Below are positions 16,882 to 30,579 of a DNA stretch of 64,000 bases, one piece after another. The stretch lies in assembly GCF_009914755.1 (NCBI RefSeq), contig NC_060927.1; one strand, 5' to 3'. The notes beneath the pieces are model-generated. The model did no database searches. It saw nothing but the letters and a program-made list of their open reading frames with translations, and had not been told where the DNA came from. The stretch is from the human T2T-CHM13v2.0 reference genome, Homo sapiens. A program made the position numbers and the translations under genes. Position 1 is the stretch's first letter. The number at the start of each line of letters is the position of its first letter.

Positions 16882-18407
16882 AAATTATTTCATAATGAAA
16901 ATTAAAAACAGTATTTCTATTTGTTTATAGGAAAAAGACAAGAGAGAATGAGGTTTGGGGGAATTATCTTGGTCATATTCGTTGGAATTACCTTGACAAG
17001 CGAACACCTCATGTGTCCACTTTTATAGTGAAGACACAGGCTTCACCTCTCAGTTCCAGCCTTTTTCTCTTTACATTTGTGAGGAAGTTACATTTATTCC
17101 GATTAATACATATCCCTTCAAATACTCTAGGTACTAAAAATCTCACTCATGAAAACAGACCCTTTTACTTCTCCCTACTTGAAATGGAATGCTATACTGC
17201 TGTTACAGATCAGAGCGATATGCACATGGCTTGGGAAATTGATAAATGGAACAAAAAGGTCGGAGGGTGGCGTTAGGTTGTAATAATCCCATCTTAGTAC
17301 AAACAAAATGTCTTTCCATAGTTAGAGGAGGAAGTAAACTGTTTCACATCAGGATTTTAACAGTGGTTCTCAATTGCATAGGGTGACTTTAATTTCCTTT
17401 CTGATCATTTGATTTTTTTAACAGCGGATATTTTTGTTAACCAATTAAGAATTTATCTTTTAAGGGAAAGAATGAAACTATTTTTAAAGGGTGATTTCTA
17501 CTTCCTGGCCCTCCAAAAAGAGCTGTATGTCTGGTTTAAGATGAAATGCACTCAGTGAAGACTTACTGCAGAATTCATTTATTATTCCACTCTCCTGCCA
17601 TGTCACGGCTGAGGCTTGGCCTCTCTCCCTGTTCTTGGAGGTGGCCAGTGTGACAGCACAGCTTGTGTTTTGGTGGTCCTGTCAGACTAGAGGACCCCAC
17701 TGAGGAATAGTCCTTGGCTCAGGACCTCAAGATTTTTTAAAAATACTCTTGCATTTTCTTTATCAAAAGGTCTTTCTTGTCTTTCTCTTTGGCACAATTA
17801 AATAGATTTTAGAATTTGCAGTTGAGGGTCCTCAATATATTCACCCCAAGATGCCTCTGTGCATCTGTTATATATTTCCATGTTGTTTTTGCTAATAGTT
17901 TTGGAGAGATTTAAAACATTTGAACCTTTTTTTCTTGCTTTAAAGACAATGTCTGGAGAAAGTTAAGGACCTAGAAAGTTATTAATTTTTTTGTTCCCCT
18001 TGTTGTACTGTGTAGTTAGCTGCTTTCAAAACAAAAAAGCCTTGTTTTTCTTTGTCCTTCTTTTCTTTATAAATAGGCTTTGAGTTATTCAAGAGGATTG
18101 AATTGACCCTCTGGTATGAATTTTTACTGATCCCATATGCTAATTAACTATGTTTTATCTATAATTCAATTGTAAGAGATAATATCTCCATATATAGATG
18201 ATAAGTACATAATACATTTAGAGAGTGAATATTGAATAACTTAATATTGAATTAAATATCTGTTTCAAGTGACATGTTTGCTCTTAAATAATTCTACCTT
18301 TTAATGGTGGGTTACTGTTTTGAAACAGGCTTTATTATTCTATCTTTATATCTTTTGTTATTGTTGTTCATTCCTCCAATCTTCTGATCTTACAGTGACC
18401 AAACTAG

Positions 18408-18710
<303 letters not shown>

Positions 18711-19949
18711 TCAAGCCAGCTTTTAAAATTTTTACTTTGTAACCCTTGACCTGGCATCATGGACGGTCCTTGCTTTGAGACATTCTATGAATAACAGAGT
18801 TTTCAGTTCTTAAAAAAAATTTATTATATTTTAATTATGTAAATGCTATTGAAATAGCAACTTTAAATTGACATGTCCATTAATTCATATACAAAGTAAA
18901 ACCAAGCTGTTTAAAAATAATCATCAAATAGATCAAATGGTAAAATCGTGGAGGATTAAATTAAAAAGGTGAATTGGATACTAGCTGCATAGATAGCATG
19001 TCTTGTTTCTAGTTACCTGCTGTAATAAAATTAGTCATCAAATGCGTTAGGACTCTTAAATGTTACCAAGGTGTGATGTGCTGTGTACTTCTGGCCATTT
19101 AAAATATGTTCCAAACTAACAAACTGATAAAATAGAACAACACCATGATACACAAGTTTTAGCACCTATATTGCTAGAAGATCTTTCTGAATTAGTTTAT
19201 TTTTTCAAATTTGAAAATAATAAAGTTTGAACTACTCAAAATTTTTAAAAATATTTCCAACCCTTGACTTTAAAGCATGTTCTTTTTAAAACAATTTCAG
19301 CTAAAATTTCTAAGTAGTTCTGTCCTTGAAGATACTTGGAGCTTAACTTCCATTTCTGAAGGCCTGTCCTTGTCATATATCATTTTTGTAGCAGCTGGCT
19401 TGTTCCACTCTTGGTGTACTTCCTGTTAAATATGTATGGCTTGCTTGGTTTTATTTTAGTAGCAGTAACATTTTCCCCTTTTTCATTGTTATTTGCAGCA
19501 TGTAATCTGCTGGACTTGCAACATTATTTCCCACGAAGCACTTCTTTCTTTTTTTTCTTTACATCCCAAGAGATCTGTGTCTTGCATTAAACTTTCCTTG
19601 CTGGTGACTGATACAGTTCCTTTTATCTGCCATGCAGTTTTAGAATGCCAACAAATTTCTTGTACAACAATATGGTATGGAAGTGCTTCACTTGGGGAAT
19701 GATCCTGACCAATTTAAATCCCTTAACTGAATTAGTGACTTGGTTAAATCCTAGGTTCCTTGGGTTGTATGACCTCTGAGATGACTCTGTGGGTGTTTGT
19801 GACAATACTGGAAACTTGGAAGAGATGTTTATGTTTGGTGACCTTATCTTCTTCTTCCCTGTGGTCTTTATTCTGGCACCTTGAATTTCGTTCAGGAACC
19901 CATCTTTCAGGACTGCTGGGCTTGCATTCAGATCCAAGGCTTAATAGGT

Positions 19950-20395
19950 TTAAGCAGGTTGGCATGCTCCATCACCCTCCTGTGCTGACTAGTTGAGGGA
20001 TGGGCATACAATGGTCACCGTCCATGCAGTCAGAAGACATCTGAAGATCCCCTATTCTGCCTCGGTAGGGTTAGGAAAAGATGTGATGACTGTAAGTGCT
20101 ATGGCAATTTTGTGGCCCTATAAGGGGAAAGGCTGGAACTACCGGACAACAGGGGTCGGGGGAAGGGCCTGGATGTGTGAAAGGAAGAACCTGAGCATGG
20201 AGGCAGCCCTGCAGGATGCAGAAAAGAAATAAAGACAGAAACCAGGTCACTGGTGAAGCCACGGGCAATGTCTGGATCATTTTCTCCACAAAACCATTTT
20301 TACCCCTCATTTTTGTAGTTCCTTGGGCTAATATTTTGAAAGGTATTTTGAGTAGGTGTGTTTGGTTCCTTATATTGGGAAGACACCTAACTTGA
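19950..20395 (+). mobile_element. Ancient LTR relic (ERVL/MaLR-like)
   Basis: Degenerate LTR-like segments; family uncertain. Confidence 0.35.
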
Positions 20396-20774
20396 AGAAG
20401 TAGAGAGCACTGACATAATTACAGTAGAAATGCTTAAGTAGCCTCTACCTAAGCAACTTAGTAGATTAATTAATGTTCTTCCTTTCTTCTCCCATTGATA
20501 AAACACTTTGGAGGGCTGGTGTCTAGAGCATGCAGAATGCCCGCAGCTGGTAAACCTCCCCCAAGACTCAAAAGGTCATGATCCTGCATGTGAAGGCTGG
20601 CTAATTATTAAAAGAAGGTGTTTAATGTTTTTTGAAAATGACTCCTTGCTATAATCTTTTTTGGTTAACCAACCAACTGCGTATCATGATTACACCAGAG
20701 ATCAACACATGCACACACACACACACAGACGGTCAACCAGTTCCATTCTTTATGGAGTGGAGTGAATTATAAAT

Positions 20775-20904
20775 GGAAGGCCCATTCATCTTGGTTTGCT
20801 CAGAATAAGCCTAATTTGTACTCTTTGTTTCTGTGTTAATTAAAAGACTCCCATTTCTTCTCAAAAGTGGTCCAGTTTGGATGATCAAACATTTAGTCAT
20901 CCTG
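20775..20904 (-). mobile_element. MER94 (hAT-Blackjack MITE)
   Basis: ggtttgc...ttctcaaaagtggtccagtttggatgat...tagtcatcct follows the MER94 reverse consensus. Confidence 0.65.
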
Positions 20905-21667
20905 GTTATAAGTAGTTTAATAGAGTTAAATTTGTACTCTTTTATTATTTTTAATGAACCATTTATATGACAAGAGGAGGGGATCTTCAGGCACTTGTCC
21001 GTGCCACTCAGGAGTTAGCAGTTAGTATATAGGAGCTACAGAGGTCCATAAGCTGAGTCATTTGGTCTCATTTAATTTGGCTTCACTGCTGTTGTTCAAC
21101 AAGCCAAAGAAATAGTTGATAAAGGAATTTATAGGGTGAATGAGGTCCAGCGCAAAGATGGCTGGAGTCCTTGTTAATAGTTCTTGGCTAACATTACTGG
21201 AAGTTGGCATAATTCCTAGCGTGTATCATACCCTTTGGAAGCAGTTTAAACTTCCAGTGGTATAGTTCAGGGAGGTTTACAACCTGTAGATCTTTGCATG
21301 AAATTGGGCATGTACTTACAATGTTCTAGCCATGAGAACCCAGGCCCCTGGCACCATGTCCATCAAAACCACCTCAGCACAAAATTGGCTCCCTCCCTGG
21401 AACTCTGGGAGGGGCCAGATCTCTTGTGAGATTTGCTCACAGATGATATTGCCCACTTCTTGGAACATCTTTCTGAACTTTCTCAGGCCAATTTCTGACT
21501 CCTGCTTACACTCTCCCGTGGGTAGAGAGCTAGAAATGCCCTTTGTTACGTGGCCACATCTACAGTTTTATGTTTTGGGGGCTGAATGGATTCAGCAGTT
21601 TGTCAGTTGCAGAGCAGGAAGACATAGAGGATTTATTTATATTTTAAAGAAGAACCTCCCCCAACCC

Positions 21668-21985
21668 TTTTTTTTTTTTTTTTTTTTTTTAAGAGAGACA
21701 GGGTCTTGCCTTTCTGCCCAGACTGAAGTGTAGTGGCACAAGCATGGCTCACTGCAACCTCAAACTCCTGGGCTCAAGCAGTCCTCCCACCTCAGCCTCC
21801 CTAGTAGCTAGGACTACAGGGATCCACCACTGCAGCCAGCTAGTTTTCTAAACAATAATAATAAATGCAGACATGGAGTCTTGCTATATTACGCAGGCTG
21901 GTCTCAAACTCCTGGCCTCAAATGATCCTCCTGCCTTGACCTTCCAAAGCACTCGGATTACAGGCATGAGCCACTGCACCCAGCC
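21668..21985 (-). mobile_element. AluJ
   Basis: Poly-T; gggctcaagcagtcctcccacctcagcc. Confidence 0.92.
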
Positions 21986-23156
21986 TAAAACCTCATTTTC
22001 TTTATACAAGTGATGTGTTCACATGCCACCTGCCACTCCACACATTGTTCTGGACAGTGTTAAGGCTTTGGTGTGGAGTGACTGAGGAGGGGAACTGGGA
22101 GGAGCTGAGAAGCTTTGCTGCTCTGAGCTATGGGAACTGTATTTCCCCAGTCCCAGCAGGTCATGGGCCACACTCAGGACATCTCCAGTCCTGCCCAACA
22201 CCTGTGTGATTACTTTAAGCTTTTCTCTAAATGACTTACTCTTTATTTTCATCTAAATAAATGTAGCCACATTAGGAGCAAGGGATTTTGAGAATTAAGA
22301 GTTAGATGTGTTGGTTAAAATTTCTCCAACATCATGAAATACATAACTGCTAAAATCTTTAAAAGGTTGTGTTCTACCTGAAATCACTGACATAGGAGGG
22401 AGGAGCCTTTTTCCACCCATGGTTCAAGCAAGAGATCAAGATTTCTTTATTCTACTACCCCATTGGCTATTTGAAGCTCAGACCTCTAGCAGCAGTTCCT
22501 TTCCTAGGCATTTAAAAACAAATTAAGGGGCAGATGCTCCCATTACCAGACCTGGCCATTCTGATCCCCAAACCCAGTACGTTCAGTAGACACCACCTTC
22601 TTCCTCACCCCACCTCTTCCAGTTACAAAAACCAAGGCTCCCCAGCGTTTCAAAGGATGACAGGGGATCCTGATCCAGGGACCGTCTCCATTACTACTAC
22701 CACTACCACCATGGTGCCTGTTAAACCAATGACAGCAGACCTGTGGGCAGGACTTGCAAGTGCATCATGGCACAAAGGCATTCCTTTACCCTCCTCAAGG
22801 CCGACTTCAAATTCCCACTGTGTTGGACGTGGCCCTGCAGTGGTCCATCTTCTCTTCTTCCTCACTCAGAGCTGACCTCTCCTCCTAATTCATCTGGTGT
22901 TCCTCATCCCAATACAGGTTTTCAGGCTGGTGACGCTGTGACAGATGTTAAAAGCAGCACGTAATGCAAATTCCAGCTATACCTCAGTAAAGCTGTTTAA
23001 GAAACAAAGCAAATTCCTTTTCCCTGTCCCCTTGGCTCCCCATCCAGACCTCTCTTAGAAGCAGGCTCATGGTTGCATATTGTCTCTCCAACATAAATCT
23101 CATATTAGAGGCAGGAGAGTCAGCACTTGGCCTTTTGCTGTTAAAAACAAACAACA

Positions 23157-23673
<517 letters not shown>

Positions 23674-25139
23674 CTATGTCTTTGCTCCAGCAGTATCCGT
23701 GACAGCTCCTTAATTGCTACACGCATTTGTACAGTTCCTTGGCAATTATATTTCAGACCCTGTCAGGGTACCTGCTAGCCTCGGGGCTGTGTTTATATTA
23801 AATATCAATAAAAAGCTGATAGCATCAGCCCAGATGGCAGGCTCACAAAATCATATTTTACTGGGAGCCAGGCCTGTCTGGAAGATGGAAGGAAGGAATG
23901 TTTAAATTTCTTTCTCTCTTCCGAAAGGTTAAAATGAGAAGAGACTTCCCTGAGTGAATATCAGGAATCGGTTCTTGCTAAATGATGACAGCTGTGTACT
24001 CTCTAACTGGGTGTTGTCCTTTATTGTAAATGACTTGTCATCTATCAGTTCTTTCCAGAATTGTTTCTTTTGTCCCCCCGCCCCCACAGAGCATAGGACA
24101 AGGCTTCAAATCCCATAGGTATTTTTTAAATTCTGGTTGACGGAATGGCTAAGAGTTTATTTGGCTTTACTTTATGAGGAGGGCTTAGGACAAACGCCAA
24201 GGGTTAAGTGGCCCTGAGCCCACCCCATCCTGCATCGCCCGTCCCCTGCATCCCCTCTGCTGAGGGGGCCATGAGAGAGGAACCCACGTTACTCACTGGC
24301 TGTGTGGTGTTTCCTTGCTGGGCCTCGGTTCCCTCATCCTCCAGAAATAGCCTGGGCCTTCCCCGGAGCTGTGAGCGTGATGGAGTGCGAGGGGGCCGAG
24401 CAGCTGGCACCGCGTGGCGCAGTGGCTCCCGCCAAGAAAGCACCCCCTGGAGGTTTCACACCCCCAAATGTGGGCGGTCAAGGATACCACTTCCCTATGG
24501 TTTCCACTCTTTCATGCTGCTGATGATACAGTTCTGTCTATTGGAGACAGACGGGAAGAATGGCTTGAAGGGATTGCATTTTGAGGACAGTTTCAACAGG
24601 GAAATCAGTTTTAGTCTGCAAATCTATGACAAGACAGCTTTTTGGGGACACGTTTCCCTGTTGCAGTCAACAGAATTTCCCATTTACGTGTGATCTAAGG
24701 GGCATGCCCCTCCCCTTGGCTCATTTCCCCGTGGTATAGTGATTCTGCAGCATGGTTGTCCTGGCTTCCTGCTGTGGGGGATTCCCCACATGGATGCTGG
24801 GACAGTGCAGAAGAGAGCTTCAACAGCTGGCACAGCACCTGCCTTCAGTGCAAAACCTCGACCAACACGTGTTTGCAAGCACATCCTCTCTGTGTCCCAC
24901 TGGCTTCTCTCCCTCTGCCACCCTTGTACAGGTGCCCTCATGTATCCCATGGATGACTGCAGGAGCCTCTAAACACTCCCCTCCACCCTTCCAGCGCCAC
25001 TCACCTGCCACCACTTGGTTGCTCTCTCAATGGCAAAGGAGGAATCCACTCCTCTTGAGATTGAGGACAGACTGCAGACCCAGGTCTGCAAAGCCCTACT
25101 TGGTTCCCCCTGTCCCCATTTCTCACCCCAGCCTCCTTT

Positions 25140-25380
25140 TTATTTCCTGCATTCCAGGCACTTAGACTTCTTTTGGCTCTGCCAGGACCACTCTACAACC
25201 TGCCCACCCCATGCCTGTGCGTTCTGCAGATTCCATTTTACCCCAATGAGCTGTGCACTCCACTAGGTCAAAGGCCGTGTCTGGTTTTGCCCACTGTTTT
25301 GTCTCCAAATCCTAGCAGGTGCCTGGCACACAGTGGGCATTCAGTAAATATTTTCTGAATGAATGAATAAATAAATGCAT
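25140..25380 (+). mobile_element. L2 3' end
   Basis: cctagcaggtgcctggcacacagtgggcattcagtaaatattttctgaatgaatgaat. Confidence 0.8.
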
Positions 25381-27979
25381 ACTATATCCAGTATAGGTGC
25401 TAAATGCTTTGGGGATATTAGAAAATATGACATGATTTAATACCCTTTGGGTGGGTTGTTCAATAGTTGTAAGAGTTAACGTAAAGGGAACAATCAGACG
25501 ATGTAAAAGAGAAAGCCTCAGTGAGCTTGACCAGTGCAGATTTGGGTGTATGTTGGGAGCTGGAGGGAAAGTGGATTTGTTTCCAAAAGGGGTCCTGGGC
25601 CAGATCAGAATGGTGTGAAGCCTCAGGCAGTGGGATTAATCTCTCTGTGATGAGTTTTCAAAAACTACTGATGCTTCTGGAACAGCGTGGGTGCTCTGGC
25701 CGTCGTGTTCAGCACAGATTTTCAAGCAAAATGCTTGAGTTCCAAAGAGCTGCTGTGACAGTTTTGCAACACTGGCATTGTTCTAGTATTTGCTGGTGGG
25801 AAAAGAGGGATTCTGTGCTCACCCCATTTCTGAACCTTTCCAAAATGAGCCTTATGTCCTTTCCAGCCAGAGCCAAAAGGAAGGAGTGGGTTCCTCAGCA
25901 TTTTGTTAGAATGGAAAAGTGACTTAGTGATGGCGAAGTATCATGTATCAAAAGAGGTGTTTTAAATTAGTGAATATTAGCTTAACTACAGCCAATCAAA
26001 TGCCATTTTAGAATCAGAAGCCTCTTGGAATGTGCCTAAGTTCACTCTACAGTATTTTAGCCATGATTTTATGCCTTGTAAATGTCCCCTCTACCAGCAT
26101 ACCTCAAGTCCAAATGCTGATAGTGATGCAGTAGCCTCACTGGCCTGCTTTGCAGCAGAGAACCTGGGCTGGATGCATCTAGGAACTCTCGGAGGGGGAC
26201 TCCAAATTGGTACCCAGTACTACTCTATCTTCATCCATCCTGCCCTCTTTAATGTACGCGTATATCCTGAGTATTAAGTACTAAGATGTCCTGTCAGGGC
26301 CCCAGGAAAGCCTGAGGGAGCCCCCTCTTCTAGGTGTCACCTAATTATTTGATGATGGCTAGGAGCTGGCAGCCTCCTCTGAGCCACGTGTTACCCTGGT
26401 CCGTGGACTGCGCCTTCCCTGCCATTGCTTTCTCCCACCCCCTGTGTACTGTCTGGTAGCCAGTAAATAGAGTTCAAGTCCTCTGTTATCTAGGAGTTTT
26501 TACAGGAACTTAGCAAACTTCCGCTTTGAGCAAGGTAATGTACTATAGCAATGGACTTCAAAGCTTTGGGGATAGATTTCCTCATCTGTAAAATGTGGCT
26601 AGGAAAAGTAGTTCATGACTACCTGGAAAGGGCCACACATAGTGTGTGGCACATTGTAAGTGCCCCCTAAGTGGCCATCTCTGCCGCTATCATCATCAGC
26701 ATCATCATGATTTCTGTGATACAATTTTCTTCTTAATGTCTCTAAAGGAGACTTGTGAATGGTTTATTCCAGGAGAATGAGGAAGAGGAAATGCAAGTCT
26801 CTCCACAAAATTTAAAATATATGAAGGGAGAAAGACTATTTAAAATTGATATATTTATGGCAAAAGAAAATTCTAATCATTCACCTGAATTCTAATTAGA
26901 ATTCTAATTCACATGAATTCTAATCATTCACCAGGGAATGAAGCCTGAAGTGTAGCATACCAAGGCAACAGGCTGAGGGAGACTAGAGCATTCTCTGGAA
27001 TTTGCCAAGCCATTTGCTTCCCAGCTCCATCCGGAGTGGTTCAACATTGGGCCATGAATCCTCCTTGTCCCTCTGGTCCCAGGGCTGCCAGAAAATGGCT
27101 CCAGCTTTGTGAAAAGCAACCTGCATTTCATGTCTAGCATATCACTAAGTTTAGAGGAAGGGTAAATGTTTGGCAAATAAACCTATTGTATAATTCAGCA
27201 CACATTAAGGACTATTTTCCAATAGATATAAGTGCTTGATAATTAGCATCAAAACTGTTCATTATTTAATCTATGATCTACTTAGAATGAATGGGAGAGA
27301 TGTCATTTACTTGCTGAAATGGGAGACATGAAAACTATCCAACCATTCTCGTCTTGAATTTGGTCCAACACACGGCACAGAAGAAAACTCCTGCGTGGGC
27401 TCAATCCCCAGGCTCCCCTGCCTGCTATAATTTCATAGCCGAGAGGTGCACAGCTTTGAAGACATTTAGGAAAGACAGAGATCCTTTCTCCAGCCTTGTT
27501 TAAGGCAGGCATCTGCACAGGGGCCACACTTTAAAAATCCTGTTGATTCTGAGCTGAGTCCCTTCCCTTCCATCAGTGGTTTTTGGGTAAATGTAGTTTG
27601 TCTCTAATTCTGTGTTAGCTTATAATTGTTCTTCTTCATTCAGATTCCCTAGAAGCTGACCCATTTTTTGTGGTAGAAAATGGCAAGTTTAAATTAATAC
27701 AGTTCTGCTAATTCGGTGGAGAATAAATGGTATTGGGGAAAAAAATCAAGTGTGTATCAGATGACTGAGGTCTGGAGTGGAAACTCAAGCACTAAGGCAT
27801 CCATGAAGTTTCTGATTGCCTGTCCTGGGAAGAGGAAGTAGGCCATGCTCGCTACAGATTTTGGAAAATAAATTTGATTTTGGAGCCATGCAGAAAGGCA
27901 TGATGGACCTTGGCATGGGTGGAATACAGATTATGTCTGCTACAAAATGCATTGTTGGCAGGAAACTTGCCTATCTGCT

Positions 27980-28400
27980 AAAATCCTTGCCACGACCTCC
28001 CCACCTCTCCAGCCTCATCTAGTACCTCTCGCCAAGACACCAGATTCTTCCCAAGTCAGGGTTTTTGATCTTGCTTATTCACTCTGTGTACAAAGCTCTT
28101 GCTAGCGTAGGCATTTGGGAGCTGGTGCCATCTCAGCATTCAGGTCATCTATATGACCTCTGGGAGGGTCATCTTTGACCACCCAATTTGGGTAAACCCC
28201 CTCCCCACTTTCCACAGACAGTAACTCTCTGGCTTATCCCAGTTTATTTTCATTACACCTATTTCTACTTGAAATTCTCATTTATTTGCCATTGTTTCTC
28301 TCCTCATACTGAAATGTCAACTTCATTGTCTGGCATAATGTTGAATGCCTGATACAGTAGGTACTCAATCAATATTTGTCGAGTAAACAAATGAATGAAA
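27980..28400 (+). mobile_element. L2 3' fragment
   Basis: Ends gcctgatacagtaggtactcaatcaatatttgtcgagt...gaatgaa. Confidence 0.7.
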
Positions 28401-28839
28401 GCGTCATCACAGTACCTTGCCCTGATAATTTAAGGAAGAGAGAAAGAGACTTGCATAAAGTCTACCCTGGATAGTCTCAGGACAGCTGAACTGCTGCGGG
28501 TGGGGAGTTGGAGGCTTCCACTGTTCTGGGACTAGTGAATGGGCCCTGGTGGTGTATGCAGTCCTCCCACCACACAGCAAGTTCTTTGCCTTGTCTCAGC
28601 TACCTTTGAGGAAGAGCCGCTCTCATCTGGCTTCTACAGATGAAGGCACTGGGGCTGAGGAACATTAAGTCCAGGTCCAAGGCCATCAGCTAACCAGTGG
28701 TAAGTGAGATCTCATACCTAGGACTCAAGCTTCAAGGCCAGAGTCCTGACTGCCGTGCTGCTGTTCAGGTGCTACCCAGCAACCCTGATGTGGAGAACAT
28801 GGTGAAAGTTGGAAGCCCCTCTTGAGACTTTATTTATTT

Positions 28840-29164
28840 CTTTTCTTTTCTCTCTCACTCTCTTTTTTTTTTTTTTTTTTGGAGACAAGGTCTCACTCTG
28901 TCACCCAGTCTGGAGTCCAGTAGTGCAATCTTGGCTCATCGCAGCCTTGACCTCCCAGTTTCAAGCAATCCTTTCACCTCGGCTTCTTGAGTAGCTGGGA
29001 TTACAGGAGCACACCACCCCGCCTATCTACTGTTTTGTATTTTCTGTAGAGATGGAGTTTCGCCATGTTGGCCAGACTGGTCTCAAACTCCTGAGCTCAA
29101 GTAATCCACCCACCTTGACCTCCCAAAGTGTTGAGATTACAGGTGTGAGCCAGTGTGCCCAGCC
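28840..29164 (-). mobile_element. AluJ (Jb-like)
   Basis: Poly-T plus a full antisense Alu; TSD-like gactttatttattt / gaccttattttattt. Confidence 0.92.
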
Positions 29165-29339
29165 AAGACCTTATTTATTTATTTTCTAATGAATGGAGTA
29201 AGTAACAGCCAGTATTTATGAAGCCTTTTGTATGTGCCAGTTGCTGTGCTAAGTGCTTTACATCCATTAATTTGCTTGGATCTATGTGGGCTGACCATCT
29301 CAGGCACTGCTCAGGATGGAACATGTAACTAAAATACAG

Positions 29340-29880
29340 TCATAAGAGGGAGTACCTTATTCAAAGATGCAAAACTAATCTGGAAAGGTATGCAAGGGTG
29401 TATAGGAGTGTGCAGAGAGAGAAGACCCTATGTAGCATGTGCACACCACAAGCCAGAGCAGTTATCTGGGTGAAAATGAAAAAAGAAAACTACAAAAGGA
29501 ATTTGCTGCTAGGTTATAGGATGCATTACAAAGACAGATCAGGGTTGTGGGAAGCGCTCTTCACATACAAATTGTAAATTTATCACAAAGGTTGTGTGGG
29601 ACTCTTACTCCCCAAACATCTGCTACTAGTCTGTTTTACTAAAAGCTGAACATCTGATAGATTCTTGACTGGCACTGGGGGTAATTTCATGTCTCGGAAG
29701 GTAGAGGAAACAGAACTGCTATTCCTGGATTACACATTGACCAATATGAATAATAAGTTAATGTGGATTGGATAGGAATATTGGAGAAAATGACCATGCT
29801 ATCCTGGAATTCACTTTATTGAGCAGAGTTCTGGGCATTGATACATACACTTGACATTCAGCAAAGTGATTTTAATCCAA
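29340..29880 (+). mobile_element. CR1/L3 LINE fossil (ORF2 endonuclease region)
   Basis: Degenerate peptides WDSYSPNICY (~GDFNYPDICW), DRFLTGTGGNFMSRKVEE (~RFL..DNF..QxVEE), LFLDYTLTN (~ILDLxLTN) and ENDHAILEF (~SDH..xEF), in the expected order. Confidence 0.65.
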
Positions 29881-30084
29881 CTTAGTGCATTACAGGTAGG
29901 ACCCATTGACAGAGGTCAGGAAGAATGGTTAGCTTAGGAAAATATAACATGAACATGAAAATCTGAATTGTTCCCATAAAGAAGAAAAGAGTGAAGGCCT
30001 TGAAACATCCTTCACTAGGTAGAAGCCCTGCTCTTATTAAACTCAGATTTTTAAAAGAATACATACAAACCATGAGATATGGGT

Positions 30085-30579
30085 ATGTTGTGTAGGATAA
30101 TTCAGAGAACATTGAACATTGGTCCCAAAAAAGTATGTTCACGTTCTGATCTCCAGTACCTGCAAATGTGGTTTTATTTGAATATAGGGTCTTTGCAGGC
30201 ATAATTAATTTAAGGATCTTGAGATGAGATCGTCCCAAATTTAGGGTGGTGCCTAAACCCAATGACCAGTCCTTCTGAGACAAAGGAGAGAGAGAGATTT
30301 GACACAGAGACACACAGAAGGGAAGGCCATTTGAAGATGGAGGTGGAGATGGAAATAATGAGGCTACAAGCCAAGAAGTATCAAGGACGGCAGGCGAGCA
30401 CCAGAGATTAAGAGACGGGCATGGAACACACTCTCTTAGAACCTCCAGAAGGAAGCAACCCTGCTGGCAGCTTGATTTTTAACTGTTTATATCCTGAATT
30501 GTGAGAGAATAAATCTCTGTTGTCTTTAAGCCATCCAGTTTGCAGTATTTTGCCACAGCTGCTACAGAAAGCTAATTCA
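30085..30579 (+). mobile_element. MLT1C-type MaLR solo LTR
   Basis: atagggtctttgcagg...gatcttgagatgagatc...gaacctccagaaggaagcaaccctgct...gagagaataaatctctgttgtctttaagcca. Confidence 0.85.
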
